A stretch of 64,000 nt of DNA from Aplysia californica (GCF_000002075.1 NW_004797337.1:843894-907893), one strand, 5' to 3'; positions 13,080-26,160 are shown, counted from the first letter of the stretch. Notes: generated by a model not told the origin, from the letters alone. Made by a program: numbers and translations.

Positions 13080-13330
13080 CGCTACCTCAGAATTACAAGG
13101 TTCTATCTGACATTTTTAGCCGTTTTGAGTTATTAAGACCATGAGATCAGAAACCAGATGTTCTATCTGGTCCAACAGAATCGTATGGTTATTCGGAGTT
13201 GTTATCAAGATAATGTTCAAAGAATTGCATTCGAAAAAGCTTGACGAGATGTGAAAGTCATAATCTTTGATGTCAAGTTCTAAAAACTAGGGACTGAGTT
13301 GATTTAGAACTTTGTATCTCTGAGGTAGCA
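13080..13330. mobile_element. MITE with ~25-bp TIRs (GCTACCTCAGA...TCTGAGGTAGC); second diverged copy at ~15680-15933
   Basis: Terminal inverted match plus a homologous internal sequence 2.6 kb downstream. Confidence 0.7.
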
Positions 13331-14605
13331 ATTATGCTTATGGAAATCATGTTTTAATAAACTTTCATTTAATAAATGGTGCGTAACAAAACCTGATTTT
13401 TTAAAAATCACGGATAATTACATTTTATTATTGTACAGGCCAAAACACACCGACACAAGCGCATCGCCACTGAACAGAAGTGGGTTGCTTCCCTGTTCTT
13501 GACTGCTTTTACTTGTAAGATTATACTAATACGTACTAATATAGTGAGAATTGTTTGTGATAATCTAGGAGGATAGTTGGTAGAATCACACGCTCTCATC
13601 GGTATCTGATTAAGTCAGAAATGACGGCATGAAAATAAGCCACCTTCTTGTAACAGTAAATAAATAAATAAAATAAATAAATAAATAAATACATAAATAA
13701 ATAAAAATAAATTAAATAAATTAATGTTTTTTTAATGATCTTAGAGGGGCAGTTTGGTTTATACTGACAAACAAACCTTATAAAACATAATATATATTAT
13801 ATAAATACACCATATTACACCAATGCAGAACAATTTCACAGTCAGGCCATTTATGGTCAACACTGCAGAGCGCCCTGTTTTTTTTTCGAAAAAAGTTATT
13901 TTTGAAGCAAGGCTTGCGATGCCTTGCTCAAGGATACACCCCGGTGGCCACCCATCTTATCCAGTACTTGCTTGACTTTACTTTTGAGTCTGAACTCACT
14001 TCTCACTTTGCCTCCGAAGCCCCCTTTTCGACTACGATTCCTCCTCATGCTTCTCATCAGACGAGTTATGTAAACGTATGAGGAGAAATACTTAACGATT
14101 TCACTCGTCATTTATAAGGAGATAAAAATTAAGAGTGGGATAAAGTTTTACTACTAACATTTTAAAATGTCATTGGTGAGCTGTCAAGAAGGCCACATAC
14201 GTAGGCAAAATGTATGTAAGAAGCGAGAAGTGCTATGAACACTTGACGGAACAATTTTAAAGGAAATTTGCAGTATTTTGTACATATGTTTGCAGAAAAG
14301 ATATTTAATCTAGCCCCATTTGTTGTGAAAAAATATGATTATATTGATACACAACTTGATACACACTCCAGTGCAAAGTATGGGTGGCATTGCTTAACCC
14401 GTCCAAGAGATGTTTAATTTGAGAATAAGTTACACCACGAATTTTTTTACCGCACTATGTCAGCGTACCGGTATATTAATAGTCCATATATCTGGGTTGA
14501 GCTTGACGTTTGAACCTGGTTAACCAAGAGTAATATTATATTATGAGCACACGGGTGGAGTTGAAATACTTTCCCTATCTTTTGAAGATAACGTACAATT
14601 GACGT

Positions 14606-14618
14606 GAGAGAGAGAGAA

Positions 14619-14689
<71 letters not shown>

Positions 14690-14843
14690 CTCTAAAAGAG
14701 AAAGGGGATGAGGGAGATAGAAACAAGGACAGAAAACAGATAGACAGATGTACAGAAAAAAGACAGATTATGAGTAAAAGAGAGAGGCGACAGAGTGAGA
14801 GGTACAGACAGACAACCTCATATACGTACATGACAGCTAAAGG

Positions 14844-14932
<89 letters not shown>
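14606..14932. repeat. (AG)n and (GATA)n microsatellites leading into an N-gap
   Basis: Direct reading. Confidence 0.95.
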
Positions 14933-16149
14933 NNNNNNNNNNNNNNNNNNNNNNNNNNNNNNNNNNNNNNNNNNNNNNNNNNNNNNNNNNNNNNNNNNNN
15001 NNNNNNNNNNNNNNNNNNNNNNNNNNNNNNNNNNNNNNNNNNNNNNNNNNNNNNNNNNNNNNNNNNNNNNNNNNNNNNNNNNNNNNNNNNNNNNNNNNNN
15101 NNNNNNNNNNNNNNNNNNNNNNNNNNNNNNNNNNNNNNNNNNNNNNNNNNNNNNNNNNNNNNNNNNNNNNNNNNNNNNNNNNNNNNNNNNNNNNNNNNNN
15201 NNNNNNNNNNNNNNNNNNNNNNNNNNNNNNNNNNNNNNNNNNNNNNNNNNNNNNNNNNNNNNNNNNNNNNNNNNNNNNNNNNNNNNNNNNNNNNNNNNNN
15301 NNNNNNNNNNNNNNNNNNNNNNNNNNNNNNNNNNNNNNNNNNNNNNNNNNNNNNNNNNNNNNNNNNNNNNNNNNNNNNNNNNNNNNNNNNNNNNNNNNNN
15401 NNNNNNNNNNNNNNNNNNNNNNNNNNNNNNNNNNNNNNNNNNNNNNNNNNNNNNNNNNNNNNNNNNNNNNNNNNNNNNNNNNNNNNNNNNNNNNNNNNNN
15501 NNNNNNNNNNNNNGGGATAGGGTGGGAGTTGAAATCTATCCTAGTATCCAAAGTTCAAGAATGTTCTCTCAGAGATTCAAACCAGGGTTGACCACACTGC
15601 TGCTGCTCTGAATGTTAATTGAGAAAATCGGGCAAACAAACAGACAGACAGATAAATAGACATGCTCCAAGTAGCAATTTTCTTCCTTAGATTTACAAAG
15701 TTTTATTTGACATTTTGGGCTGTTTTGACTTACCGAGACCACGAGGCCAGAAACCAAATGTTCTATCTGCTCTACCAAAACCGTAAGATTACTCGGAGTC
15801 GTTATCAATAATATTTAAAGAACTGCATTCGAAAAAGCGTGTCACGTTGTGACACTCAAACATTGTAAAGCCAAATTTCTCAAAACTAGGTAGGCCAACT
15901 ATGCAAATAAAACTTTACAATTCTAAGGTAGCGAAATGTAGAACGCCAAGGAAATCTACATAATATGGAGAAAAATGAAGTAAATCGCGTATTTCAGAAC
16001 ATTATACTTTTCGAGGTAATAGGGTTGCCGACCCTACAATGATATATAAGGCCCGATCAAGGCAACGAATTGGCTTCAGTATTTAAAAAAATACATGTAA
16101 TTTTTTTAATGTATCGGGTGGATAACGCATACCTCTTACGCCCCCCCCC

Positions 16150-16545
16150 CCCACACCAGGGCAGTGCTACTGACTGAAGTGTCTTTAGTCCATTCACAAA
16201 GGGGGCATATTAACATGTTCTTATGCACAGTAGAATTGTAAATGCGCTGATTTTTCAATGTCATGCTCATACAGTGCCGAAACAACATAGGGGGAACTGC
16301 TGCTTTTTCTTTCCTCATCCTTACTATCGTCATTTTTCCTCTACTTCTTTTGTATGTTTGTCACACTCTTGTGAACTGCAGCTATTTCCGGGGCGCCTTG
16401 ATGGTCGAAGCAGACCTTGTGCTGTTGAGGCTAGAGAGATGAGCAAAGTGAGCCTGATTCTCCATTGGACTTTTTTGTTGACATCCACCCCTTGGCGCTC
16501 ATATGACCTTATGCAGGTGCGAGCGCGTAAAACCTTACTAGAACA
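16150..16545 (+). repeat. Interspersed SINE-like repeat; inverted copy at ~11975-12360, partial copies at ~11655-11720 and ~63860-64000
   Basis: ~400 bp alignable by eye as the reverse complement of 11975-12360. Confidence 0.8.
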
Positions 16546-16681
16546 ACATACCTCTTACAACGGTTCAGATAGTCTGATGATCAAAGCGACAGGATTACAA
16601 GAATAACTAAGAATAAACTGGTGTAATTTTTCTTTTGCATTTACAGAATGGACAACACAGACCTCCTACATTGGTCTAGAA

Positions 16682-17062
16682 CAGGGGTGAGCAAATGTTT
16701 TGGATACGGGATGGGGCTGGGCGTGGGGCTGGGCGTGGGGCAATTTTGTTTGGGCTATGAAATAGCAAAAGACCTCCTTCTTTACAATTACTTCTGGACG
16801 GGCGCGCTAAGCAGCTAAGAGAATACAAAATAAACTGTTTTGCTGAGATTAAACAATTTGAATATAAAACAATATATCAGCAAACAAATTATCCTACGAA
16901 ATCTAGTCTTGACTGTAGTGTTTTGACAAATGTGATTACTTTGGCTAAATTAATTGAATTCTACTTTTTAAAATTCGCGGAATGTTTCCGCTGGCCAGCC
17001 ATAAAAAAACCTCTCCATGGAGGTCCGGATTTGGTGCCCGGGTTGTAATTGGCCAACTTCTG
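16682..17062. mobile_element. hAT (Charlie-like) MITE
   Basis: CAGGGGTGAGCAA...TTGGCCAACTTCTG termini with 8-bp NTCTAGAN target duplication (GTCTAGAA / ATCTAGAG). Confidence 0.75.
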
Positions 17063-17482
17063 ATCTAGAGAGCCCCATCAAAGTCATTGATTAATTTTAG
17101 TGTAAAATAGACAACTATTTTTTTAATTTTACAAATGTCAACGCAGACGTCCATCTAAAGGTTTAAAATTAATGCAGATTAAGAACTTTGTTGCACCATG
17201 CTAGCGTAAACTAGACTTTGACCTGTGGACTACAGCTATTGTCACTCCTTGATTTAGGAACAAGCGCAGAAGATATCGAGAACCTAAATAAATCTCGGAT
17301 GCAAAAGTGCGACTCTGGGTTATAGAGGTCAAACCTAGATAATCCGATGACCGATGACTTTCACCTAATTAATCAAAGAGTCGTGTTGTTGATTGTGGAG
17401 TGCTCTACACTAATCAGGTCAACGATGTATGTCAGGAAGGGTAACTGCTCTGAGAGGCACGACGCAGAGCGAAGAAACAAAA

Positions 17483-17973
17483 ATGTGTGGCAGCGTGGTG
17501 TAATCAGGAGCTCGTCAAAATAATGAAATTGACGAAAACGGATGATTTTCCATCAGTTTGGAAATTTTATCGAATTTTTGCTTTTTGGCTCTAAATCTCT
17601 TATGTCCATTTAAAAACACATTTCTAGGTGGATTTTAGTTGTTGTTGTTATCGATCACGGTAGATTTTAGTTCAAAACATTTATTTAAGGCACATAAATG
17701 TAAATTTTCAGTTTACAAGGACTCTCCAATTATGGAATTCATCAAACTGTATCAGTCATATTCTTGCTAATTTTACCTCTGACACCGGGCGATCCCCATG
17801 TCCTCCAATCCCAAATATCTGACTTCTATTCAAGAAAGATGGGTATTTGTTTCACCAAAAGCAAGAAAAATGAAATAGCTTTAAGAGGATAGATTTCTAC
17901 CAATAGCTAAACATGCCCAAGAAACAAAACAAAAAAAGACGAGCACGTGATTCCGCTGTATTGTGACACAAAT
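17483..17973. mobile_element. Older copy of the same MITE family, in opposite orientation, just upstream of the promoter
   Basis: ATGTGTGGCAGCGTGGTGTAATCAGGAGCTCGTCAA left end; degenerate right end GACGAGCACGTGATTCCGCTGTATTGTGACACAAAT. Confidence 0.7.
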
Positions 17974-18099
17974 GTATCCTGTGATATCAATACCAGTTTT
18001 CGCCACATGCTGTAATCAGATAGATACGTCCACTTGAGATGCTTTCTGCCGTATCAGTTGCCCTTTCATACCTTGTTGGCCCTTGCCTAAACAGTTTTG

Positions 18100-18135
18100 T
18101 ATAAAAGAGTCGGTTTGGCGCTATTAACTTCAGTT
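18100..18135 (+). promoter_or_regulatory. Core promoter: TATA box (TATAAAA 18100-18106) plus initiator TCAGTT (18130-18135); predicted TSS ~18132
   Basis: Canonical TATA ~30 nt upstream of the invertebrate Inr consensus TCAGTY, ~90 nt upstream of a signal-peptide ATG. Confidence 0.8.
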
Positions 18136-18223
18136 GCAAGTTATTGCAAGTTTCGAACCACGACACACGCACGACACACGAGTCACGACACACGAGACGC
18201 ACGAGAAGCACGAGACACACGCG

Positions 18224-18275
18224 ATGGACACCAAGTTTTTGGTGCTCCTGGCCCTGGTCGCCTCGGCCACTGCTG
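18224..18275 (+). CDS. LLTP exon 1: signal peptide MDTKFLVLLALVASATA(G)
   Basis: ATG in GCGATGG context, hydrophobic core with A-x-A cleavage motif, strong donor G|GTGAGT. Linkage to the downstream exons is inferred. Confidence 0.8.
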
Positions 18276-20144
18276 GTGAGTAGAGTTAACGAGAATATAT
18301 GAAGCGTGCTGACAAAATTAGTTACTTCTCGGATTCAACACTTTTTGAAAAAGATATAGGCCTACCCCGCTTATAACGTATAGGTGAAGTATTTATAACT
18401 TATTAGTATGAAATAATAAAAAAGCACGTTATAGTTAAAGAATATGGCATTAATAAACATTCTACAAATTTGAACCTTGTGTCGATTTTTTGCCAATATC
18501 TCCATTTTGTTGATTACGAGAAGTAACTCATTGTGTTAGCAAGCCTCACTTACATCCGTGTGTGTTAAAGATATAACATTTTACAGACGTCAGTCTCTTT
18601 TCCCCCCTTTTTATTATTGTACACTTATTTTCTCATCCTTTTTCATGTTGTTTTTTTTAGCAACACTTACTTCCTCACCTTTTTTCTTTGTTTTTTTTTC
18701 AAAGAAGACTTCGGTCTTTTCTTCTTCCTTTTTGTTAAGAAGACATATTTTCTCTTTTTCTTTATTTTGTTTGTGCAAGACCTCGGTCTTTTCTGTCTCT
18801 TTTTTTCTTTTTAAACAAGATTTTGGTAGTTCTGTTTCCTGGGTTTTTTTTTGTAGACAAGACTTATTTTCTCTTCTTTTATAGCTCTTTTTCTTTTACC
18901 CGACCTCGGTCTTTTCCTTCTTGTTTTAAACTTTGGTCTCTGCTTTAAAAAAACAAATTTTTTTTAAACTTCGGTGTTTATTTTTACAAGAAATCGGCCT
19001 GTTCTTTTTCAACAAGACTTTGACCTTTATAAAACTTAGACTGTCTCTCTAGATTAAGGTTTCAGATGTAACTAGGTCGCTGTATTATAAATGCTGCTCT
19101 TGGTAGGTTGTTATCATAAAGTGCCAGATCTGGAACAGACATCTATGATCAAGGTTCGCCATTCTTTTCTTTGCTCAGATGCCCTGAACAAAACCGATAT
19201 TTTTATCCTGTTTTTCCTCTGTTGCTCATTTAATCATGCTTTTCAAGTAAGTTAACAGATCTGGGGGGGGGGNNNNNNNNNNNNNNNNNNNNNNNNNNNN
19301 NNNNNNNNNNNNNNNNNNNNNNNNNNNNNNNNNNNNNNNNNNNNNNNNNNNNNNNNNNNNNNNNNNNNNNNNGGGGGGGGAGGGACTTTGCTTGTACTTT
19401 TCTTTCAATACAATTTAGGCTACAGACAAGTCGGAGGGGACATTTGGCTAGTATTTCTTTTTTCAATACAATTTAGGCTGAGGAGAGGTCGGTGGGGGGG
19501 GGGGGTTGTTTGTACTTCTTTGTCAATACAACCTAGACTGCCACGTATGCCTTCCATTTTGCTAGTGAGAGAAAAATGTTACAGGCCTGTAGGTCGAGTC
19601 AAGTGTCTCAGAAATTGCACTGTCGACAGCTTCAGTTAAAAAATTGACAACCAACAATATGTGAGGCAGTGTGGTGGAATCAGGCTCTCGTCAATTTTTG
19701 GGCATGTAGAGGTATTGGTATCATCTTAAAGCTTGTTCACTTGTCTTTATTTGGATGAAAAAAATGTCCATTTATCTTGAATACAATTCGAGATATTTGC
19801 AAAAGAAGGAGATGGGGGTCACCTGTTTTCAGAGGTAAAATTAGTGTGAAAATGGCCGCCAAAGATTAGTTATTTCCTTAGCTTAAGAGTCCTTGGTAAC
19901 TGAAAATTTATATTTTTGTGCCTTTAATAAACCTTTTTTCTGAAAAATCCACCGAGAAATGAGTTCTTTAATGGGTATAGAAGGTGTTGGGCCAAAAAAC
20001 ATAAATTTGATAAAAATTCACAAACCAGCGGAAAAATGCGAGTTTCTTCACTTTGATTATTTTGACGAGAGCCTGATTCCACCACGCTGCCTCATATATG
20101 TAGTAGCTAGCATATCGACTCACAAACACACGCACATACACACA

Positions 20145-20181
<37 letters not shown>

Positions 20182-23100
20182 CGTCGGCCTGGTGATAAAA
20201 CCGACTAACCCACAAAATGTCAAAAAATATTTTATTGGCCCTATCGACAGCAAATTGTCCATTTCATATACTCCTAATAATTTTTTCCATTGCAATTGAA
20301 TGGACGAAGTCGATAGCTTTTCATTCTTTACTAACTCACTCACAAAAAAAATGTGGGATCTGTCCAGCACACCGTCTGCCCCCAACGATCGTTTTCTTTT
20401 AACGTTTTTTTTTTTTCATTGGCAGTGCTTATTGTGGTTATTACCTTCTGAAACATCTTTCGACTTTCTTTGAAAGTTCATTTCGATTGTGTTTTGTATA
20501 GATTATTTTCTCAGTGTCATAACATAATGCTTTATCTTTATATCAAACCTTAATTTACATAACGCTATAACATTCAATAAGATGATGCCACTCTTGCTAC
20601 GTCACTTCTGACCCTCAGCACAATGGAAAGTGATCAACATGACCAGGCTAATGTCACATCAGCTGATAATAAAACAGTTATGTCACCTTTGATCTCTGCG
20701 AAAAGGACACGGCATGAAAACGATTGGAAGGGTAACAAAAGGAAGAGGTTGAAAGAACTGGGGATGCCTCTACCCATGTCAAGGCGCGAAGCGAGCAGGG
20801 TGTGAACTTGACGTCCTTTGCTGTTGTAAACTGGTTGGTACAAAATGCAATGACATCACTGGTCACTCTTTTGGAAAGAAAAGAGAGCCTACGTATATGC
20901 CACGATAAACAGGATAGACAAAAAGAGATCTTACACAGCAAGTGAAAACCCAAGGAGAAATTACACCCTTCAATATCACTTAAAAGAGTGGTCAAAGAAC
21001 ACCTGTTTGTCTGTCCCCAGAGAAATTCGCGCACACAACCCGCAAGTTCCGCGCGCAACTTTTGCCGTCAGCGCAACTTTTGCGCAACTTTTACGATTTT
21101 CATGAATTTGCTAATTTTAGCCAATTTCCCGCAAAATTCGGAAAAAATAATAAAATTTCATAAAAAACACCGAAATTTTCTTCCACGACTAAAAATAACG
21201 TCGCCAAGGGGGGCTATTCGCTTCTTTACACTTTGAATTAGCTTACGGCGGGTGCCCGCCGCCGCCCAGTGACCCAGGTCAGGTCGGGTCGGGATGATCG
21301 CCCGACTCGTCGCCTGAAAACAACTTCTGCCACGATAGCCGCTTTGCACCATCAATCTGTGTAGCAGACCGACCCAATAGTCTTGTTTGGACTAGTCTAG
21401 CTAGAGTAAATCAATCGTAAACACGGTCGTCTGATTACTTAGCTTGCGTTGTTCCGTAGCACCAGGGTAGATCTAGTACACATGTATAAACATTTGTGAA
21501 AGACTTTAAATCTTAGGCTAAGGAGGGTAGATTAAAATGGATCATCANNNNNNNNNNNNNNNNNNNNNNNNNNNNNNNNNNNNNNNNNNNNNNNNNNNNN
21601 NNNNNNNNNNNNNNNNNNNNNNNNNNNNNNNNNNNNNNNNNNNNNNNNNNNNNNNNNNNNNNNNNNNNNNNNNNNNNNNNNNNNNNNNNNNNNNNNNNNN
21701 NNNNNNNNNNNNNNNNNNNNNNNNNNNNNNNNNNNNNNNNNNNNNNNNNNNNNNNNNNNNNNNNNNNNNNNNNNNNNNNNNNNNNNNNNNNNNNNNNNNN
21801 NNNNNNNNNNNNNNNNNNNNNNNNNNNNNNNNNNNNNNNNNNNNNNNNNNNNNNNNNNNNNNNNNNNNNNNNNNNNNNNNNNNNNNNNNNNNNNNNNNNN
21901 NNNNNNNNNNNNNNNNNNNNNNNNNNNNNNNNNNNNNNNNNNNNNNNNNNNNNNNNNNNNNNNNNNNNNNNNNNNNNNNNNNNNNNNNNNNNNNNNNNNN
22001 NNNNNNNNNNNNNNNNNNNNNNNNNNNNNNNNNNNNNNNNNNNNNNNNNNNNNNNNNNNNNNNNNNNNNNNNNNNNNNNNNNNNNNNNNNNNNNNNNNAA
22101 AAAGGCGGCACCAAACCGAAGCTAGGTTCTGTCTATAGACATAAGACCGTTTGGTTTAAGTAACAAGTAGGAGAAAACTTGCGTTCTGTGTCTTTAGTCG
22201 GAGAATAGACCACGTAAATCGAATCTTTCGACTCTCTCGATCCTAACATCCGGTGTAACTTAGGCACCAGACCGAGAGAGGGGTTCAGGAGGATTCCCCG
22301 TGGAGTTGGGGAATGTAAACCCCACACGAAGAGCGCATTTCTCACGCGCCTTCCCAACACCTCATTTCCCCAGACCTACTCGTTTCAAACTTTGCAAACG
22401 CACACGGTTTTGTGTGGCGGTGGGGGGGGGGGTGTCGCAGGAAAGTGTAAGGGCGGGAGGGAGGGGGCAAAAATTCCCAAACAAAGTGTAAGATTTTATT
22501 TGAACAGCCTCAAAACAAAGCCGGCCACACCTGCCCAACGTCAGCGAGAGTTTAAGGACCTGACGCATGTGTCAGGGGCACAGAATTCTACATTTAGTGT
22601 AGAATTCTGTGGTCAGGGGACAAACTTTTTTTGTACTCCAAACAATTTTTTTTTTGGGGGGGTAGACATTCACATTTAACTTTTGATTTTGATCTAACAA
22701 AACTCATATTGGTTAATTTTGATTGCAATGGGCGTAGCAACAATACAATGTATTCCAATAGTTCCGTGGCATTGTTTTAGCTAAACGTACGCCTTGCAAC
22801 TTTTGCTACTTTTTCTTGCAACTTTTGCTATTTTCAAATGCAACTTCCTCTGAGGATAGGTTTGTAAAACAATCTTCATGAACACCATGTCTGACCAACT
22901 GGTTTATTTAAAGTGTCTTCTCCGAAAAAAACCCCAAGAGGCCCCCCCCCTCTCTCTCTCTAGAACACATCACGCCCACCATGAGAGAGCCAAGGATGAC
23001 ACGTTGTTCCATAAAGAGGAATTTTTTGACAAACATTCGAAGATATCCTCCTGTCTACAGATTACAATCCAGAAAACGTCAGATTTGCATCAAGTATACA

Positions 23101-26100
23101 TGGAGAACTTTGCAGAGAGAGTGAAAGCCACATTGAGCTATCAAGTGTTCTGCCAAAAGTTCAAGAAAAACAATTTGGGTTCACTTTCAACCAAGAAAGA
23201 CCAGTGCGACATTTGCACCAGCTTCGAATTAGGAAACCTCACAGAAACAATACACAGCTCATCAAATATGAATATGAGGAAAGCCGCAGCTAGACAAGAA
23301 AAGGAGAAGGACAGGGAGGCGGCACTGGACCCAGAGAACAAAATGTGTGTCCTTTGTGTGGGGATCCAGTGCGCCCTTCTGGCCTCATCACTAAAGACAT
23401 CCACCTTATACTATAAGACAAAACTGGCAATACACAATTTTACAATTTAGGATCTTGCCACCAGAGACGCCAGATGATATGTCAAGGATGAAAGTGAAGT
23501 TGGTCTGAGCTTCAACAGTTCTGACGCACTAACTGATATTGCAAGCGACTGGCTTCAACCATTTCATCATCTGCAGTGATTGGTGCAACTACTAAAACAG
23601 AACTGCTACCCTGGTGAGTGCAATGGCCTCGCTGGCCAAAGAGCTTAACATCACAGTTGAGCAGAAATTATCACCAAGGGCCGTATCCAAATGGATGTGG
23701 ATTCAGTCCATGGCACTATTGAACGATGGCTCTAAAACGCACTGATGTACATCCCAATGGACTACGTGAACATCATGCTCCAAGCCAGACGCATCCCCAA
23801 GCTCTTTGAAGTTGTGTACCTGGGCCACAGCTTTTTCAAAGATTTTACAAAGGTCGGAGAGCACTAAACAATCCGTCCAGGGAGAAAAGCAGGCGATCCT
23901 ACTGTCACTGACTTGCAGGCATCAAAGTACACTCCATACTTTACAATTCAGTACAAGCTGAACTTTGATGATGGATGGCAGGCGCTGCAAGGACCAAGAA
24001 AGCTGAACACCCAATGTACGACGGTTACTGCTGGACCTCTCTGCAAAGACAGATTGAAGATAACTGCCAAACAGTATAAACACCTACAGGAGTTGAAGGC
24101 CGTCGTACCACGATGCTACCACAATTACCATGGAACTTTGCCTCAGTAAGAAGTTTTGAAAGCCATCAAGTCAAATTCGATTATTGTTGAGTCTTTCAAA
24201 ACAATGGTAACTTTTGTCGTACTGCCTTGTTGTAGCCACAGGACACAGAGTGAGACAGGCATGCTCTTCTATTGTTGAGAATACGCAATAAAGTAGTAGT
24301 TGTCAAGCCACGCACCTTGAAGAAAGTTGGCGCATTCTTTGATACTTACAAATTCTTTTTGCATAATAATAACAATAATAATATATTATTATGAAGCCAA
24401 CTTCACTCAAACCATTGCTGAGTGAGCAGAGCTTCTGTGTGGCTTTCTGCTTTCTTTTCTTTCTTAGTATTACTTTTTTCCAGGCATTTGAAAGGCCGCC
24501 CAGAGCCAATAGTACCGTGTCAGACACTGNNNNNNNNNNNNNNNNNNNNNNNNNNNNNNNNNNNNNNNNNNNNNNNNNNNNNNNNNNNNNNNNNNNNNNN
24601 NNNNNNNNNNNNNNNNNNNNNNNNNNNNNNNNNNNNNNNNNNNNNNNNNNNNNNNNNNNNNNNNNNNNNNNNNNGTAGTTGTTGTTTTTGTTGTTATTGC
24701 TGTAGCTGCTCTCCCTTACCCTACCAACCTCCTGTTCTTCTACTTCAAATGTAATTAATATACCTATTGCTGAATTCTGCTTCTTCTTCTTCTATTAAAT
24801 GTTCCAATTTGTGACTGCTGTTTTTGCCAGAATTGACTCCGTAGCACTGAAATAACAGCAGCTAATAGTATGTTGGTAGCAGTAATATCGTTCTCCTCCT
24901 CTTCCTTCTTACTCCTCCTCCTCCTTTCTCCTTATCCTCCTCCTCCTTTCCCTCCTCCTCCTTCTCCTCCTTTCCCTCATCCTACCCATCCCTTCTCCTT
25001 ATCCTCATCCCTTCTCCTTATCCTCTTATCTTCTCCTTATCCTCCTCCTCCTTTCCCTCCTCCTCCTTTCTCCTTATCCTCCCCCTCCTTTCCCTCCTCA
25101 TCCTTCTCCTCCTCCTCCTTTCCCTCCTCCTCCTTCTCCTTCTCCTCCTCCTCCTCCTCCTCCTTTGCCTCCTCCTCCTTTCCCTCATCCTCCCCCTCCC
25201 TTNNNNNNNNNNNNNNNNNNNNNNNNNNNNNNNNNNNNNNNNNNNNNNNNNNNNNNNNNNNNNNNNNNNNNNNNNNNNNNNNNNNNNNNNNNNNNNNNNN
25301 NNNNNNNNNNNNNNNNNNNNNNNNNNNNNNNNNNNNNNNNNNNCCTTATCCTTCTCCTTCTTCTTCTTCTTCTACAAAAGATCACGACGATTGAAGAACT
25401 GATCAAATACGTTACAATCAAGGGTGGTTTGGCTGCACTCAACGAAACTCGAGGCCAGCAGTGGCTTCCTGATAAAACCGGCCAACCCACAAAATTGAGG
25501 GTTGGTCGGTTTTATCGGGGAAAATTTGAGCGACATAACCGTCTAACCCACGCAGTTTCGTTAAAAGCGATTTTTAAAGGAAAAAAAGGTCTACAGTTTT
25601 TCGGTAAAGTGTTTTTATAGGTGTTTAAAGCATTGATTTATCGCTAGACGCCTTTGTTTAGAAATAAAACAGTTTTTTCCTTCTCCTGTAAAATTTACCT
25701 CGCTGGGGTTAGCCGGTTTTATCACAAGGCCGACGATATATTATATTGTCTGTATTATAGGCCACTACCAGTAGAGCGTTTGTGCTAGAAACGTGTGTTT
25801 TTTACGTCCCCATGGACACATTTAGGTCATTTAAGGGGTGGGCTTCTGACTCTTCCTGTCAGGGCCAAACTGGGTTGAGACGAATAATAATATACGAGGG
25901 TCGTTCAAAAAGTCCTCTTCAATAACTTCTAAACTATTCTAGATATCTTCATGAAATCTGTACACAATTGACTTTCAATATGTATACTCTCAAACGCAAA
26001 AAACAGAATTATAGTATGATGTCACACCTTTATGCTATTGCTGTTAACATCTAGCCGAATACGCCTCCTTCTGGCTGTGAACGCAATCGCCCTGTCTTCG

Positions 26101-26160
26101 TTCATCGTGTTTTCTACTTTGGCCGGAATTTCCCAACACTTTTTCTTCTCTCCCTCTCTC

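Larger units (their letters stand above)
20182..25735 (+). mobile_element. Sola1-like DNA transposon, decayed transposase, ~30-bp TIRs, ATAT TSD
   Basis: CGTCGGCCTGGTGATAAAACCGACTAACCC at 20182 is inverted at 25706-25735, with ATAT on both flanks. Transposase remnants: RTRHENDWKGNKRKR, VCKTIFMNT, KKDQCDIC, YYKTKLAIHNFTI, DSVHGTIE, IRPGRKAGDPTV, KHLQELK. Confidence 0.82.

Noticed and set aside
19585-19625. PVGRVKCLRNCT as candidate LLTP exon 2
   Set aside because: The nearby AG gives the wrong phase (in-frame TAG after exon 1), and there is no polypyrimidine tract or good donor
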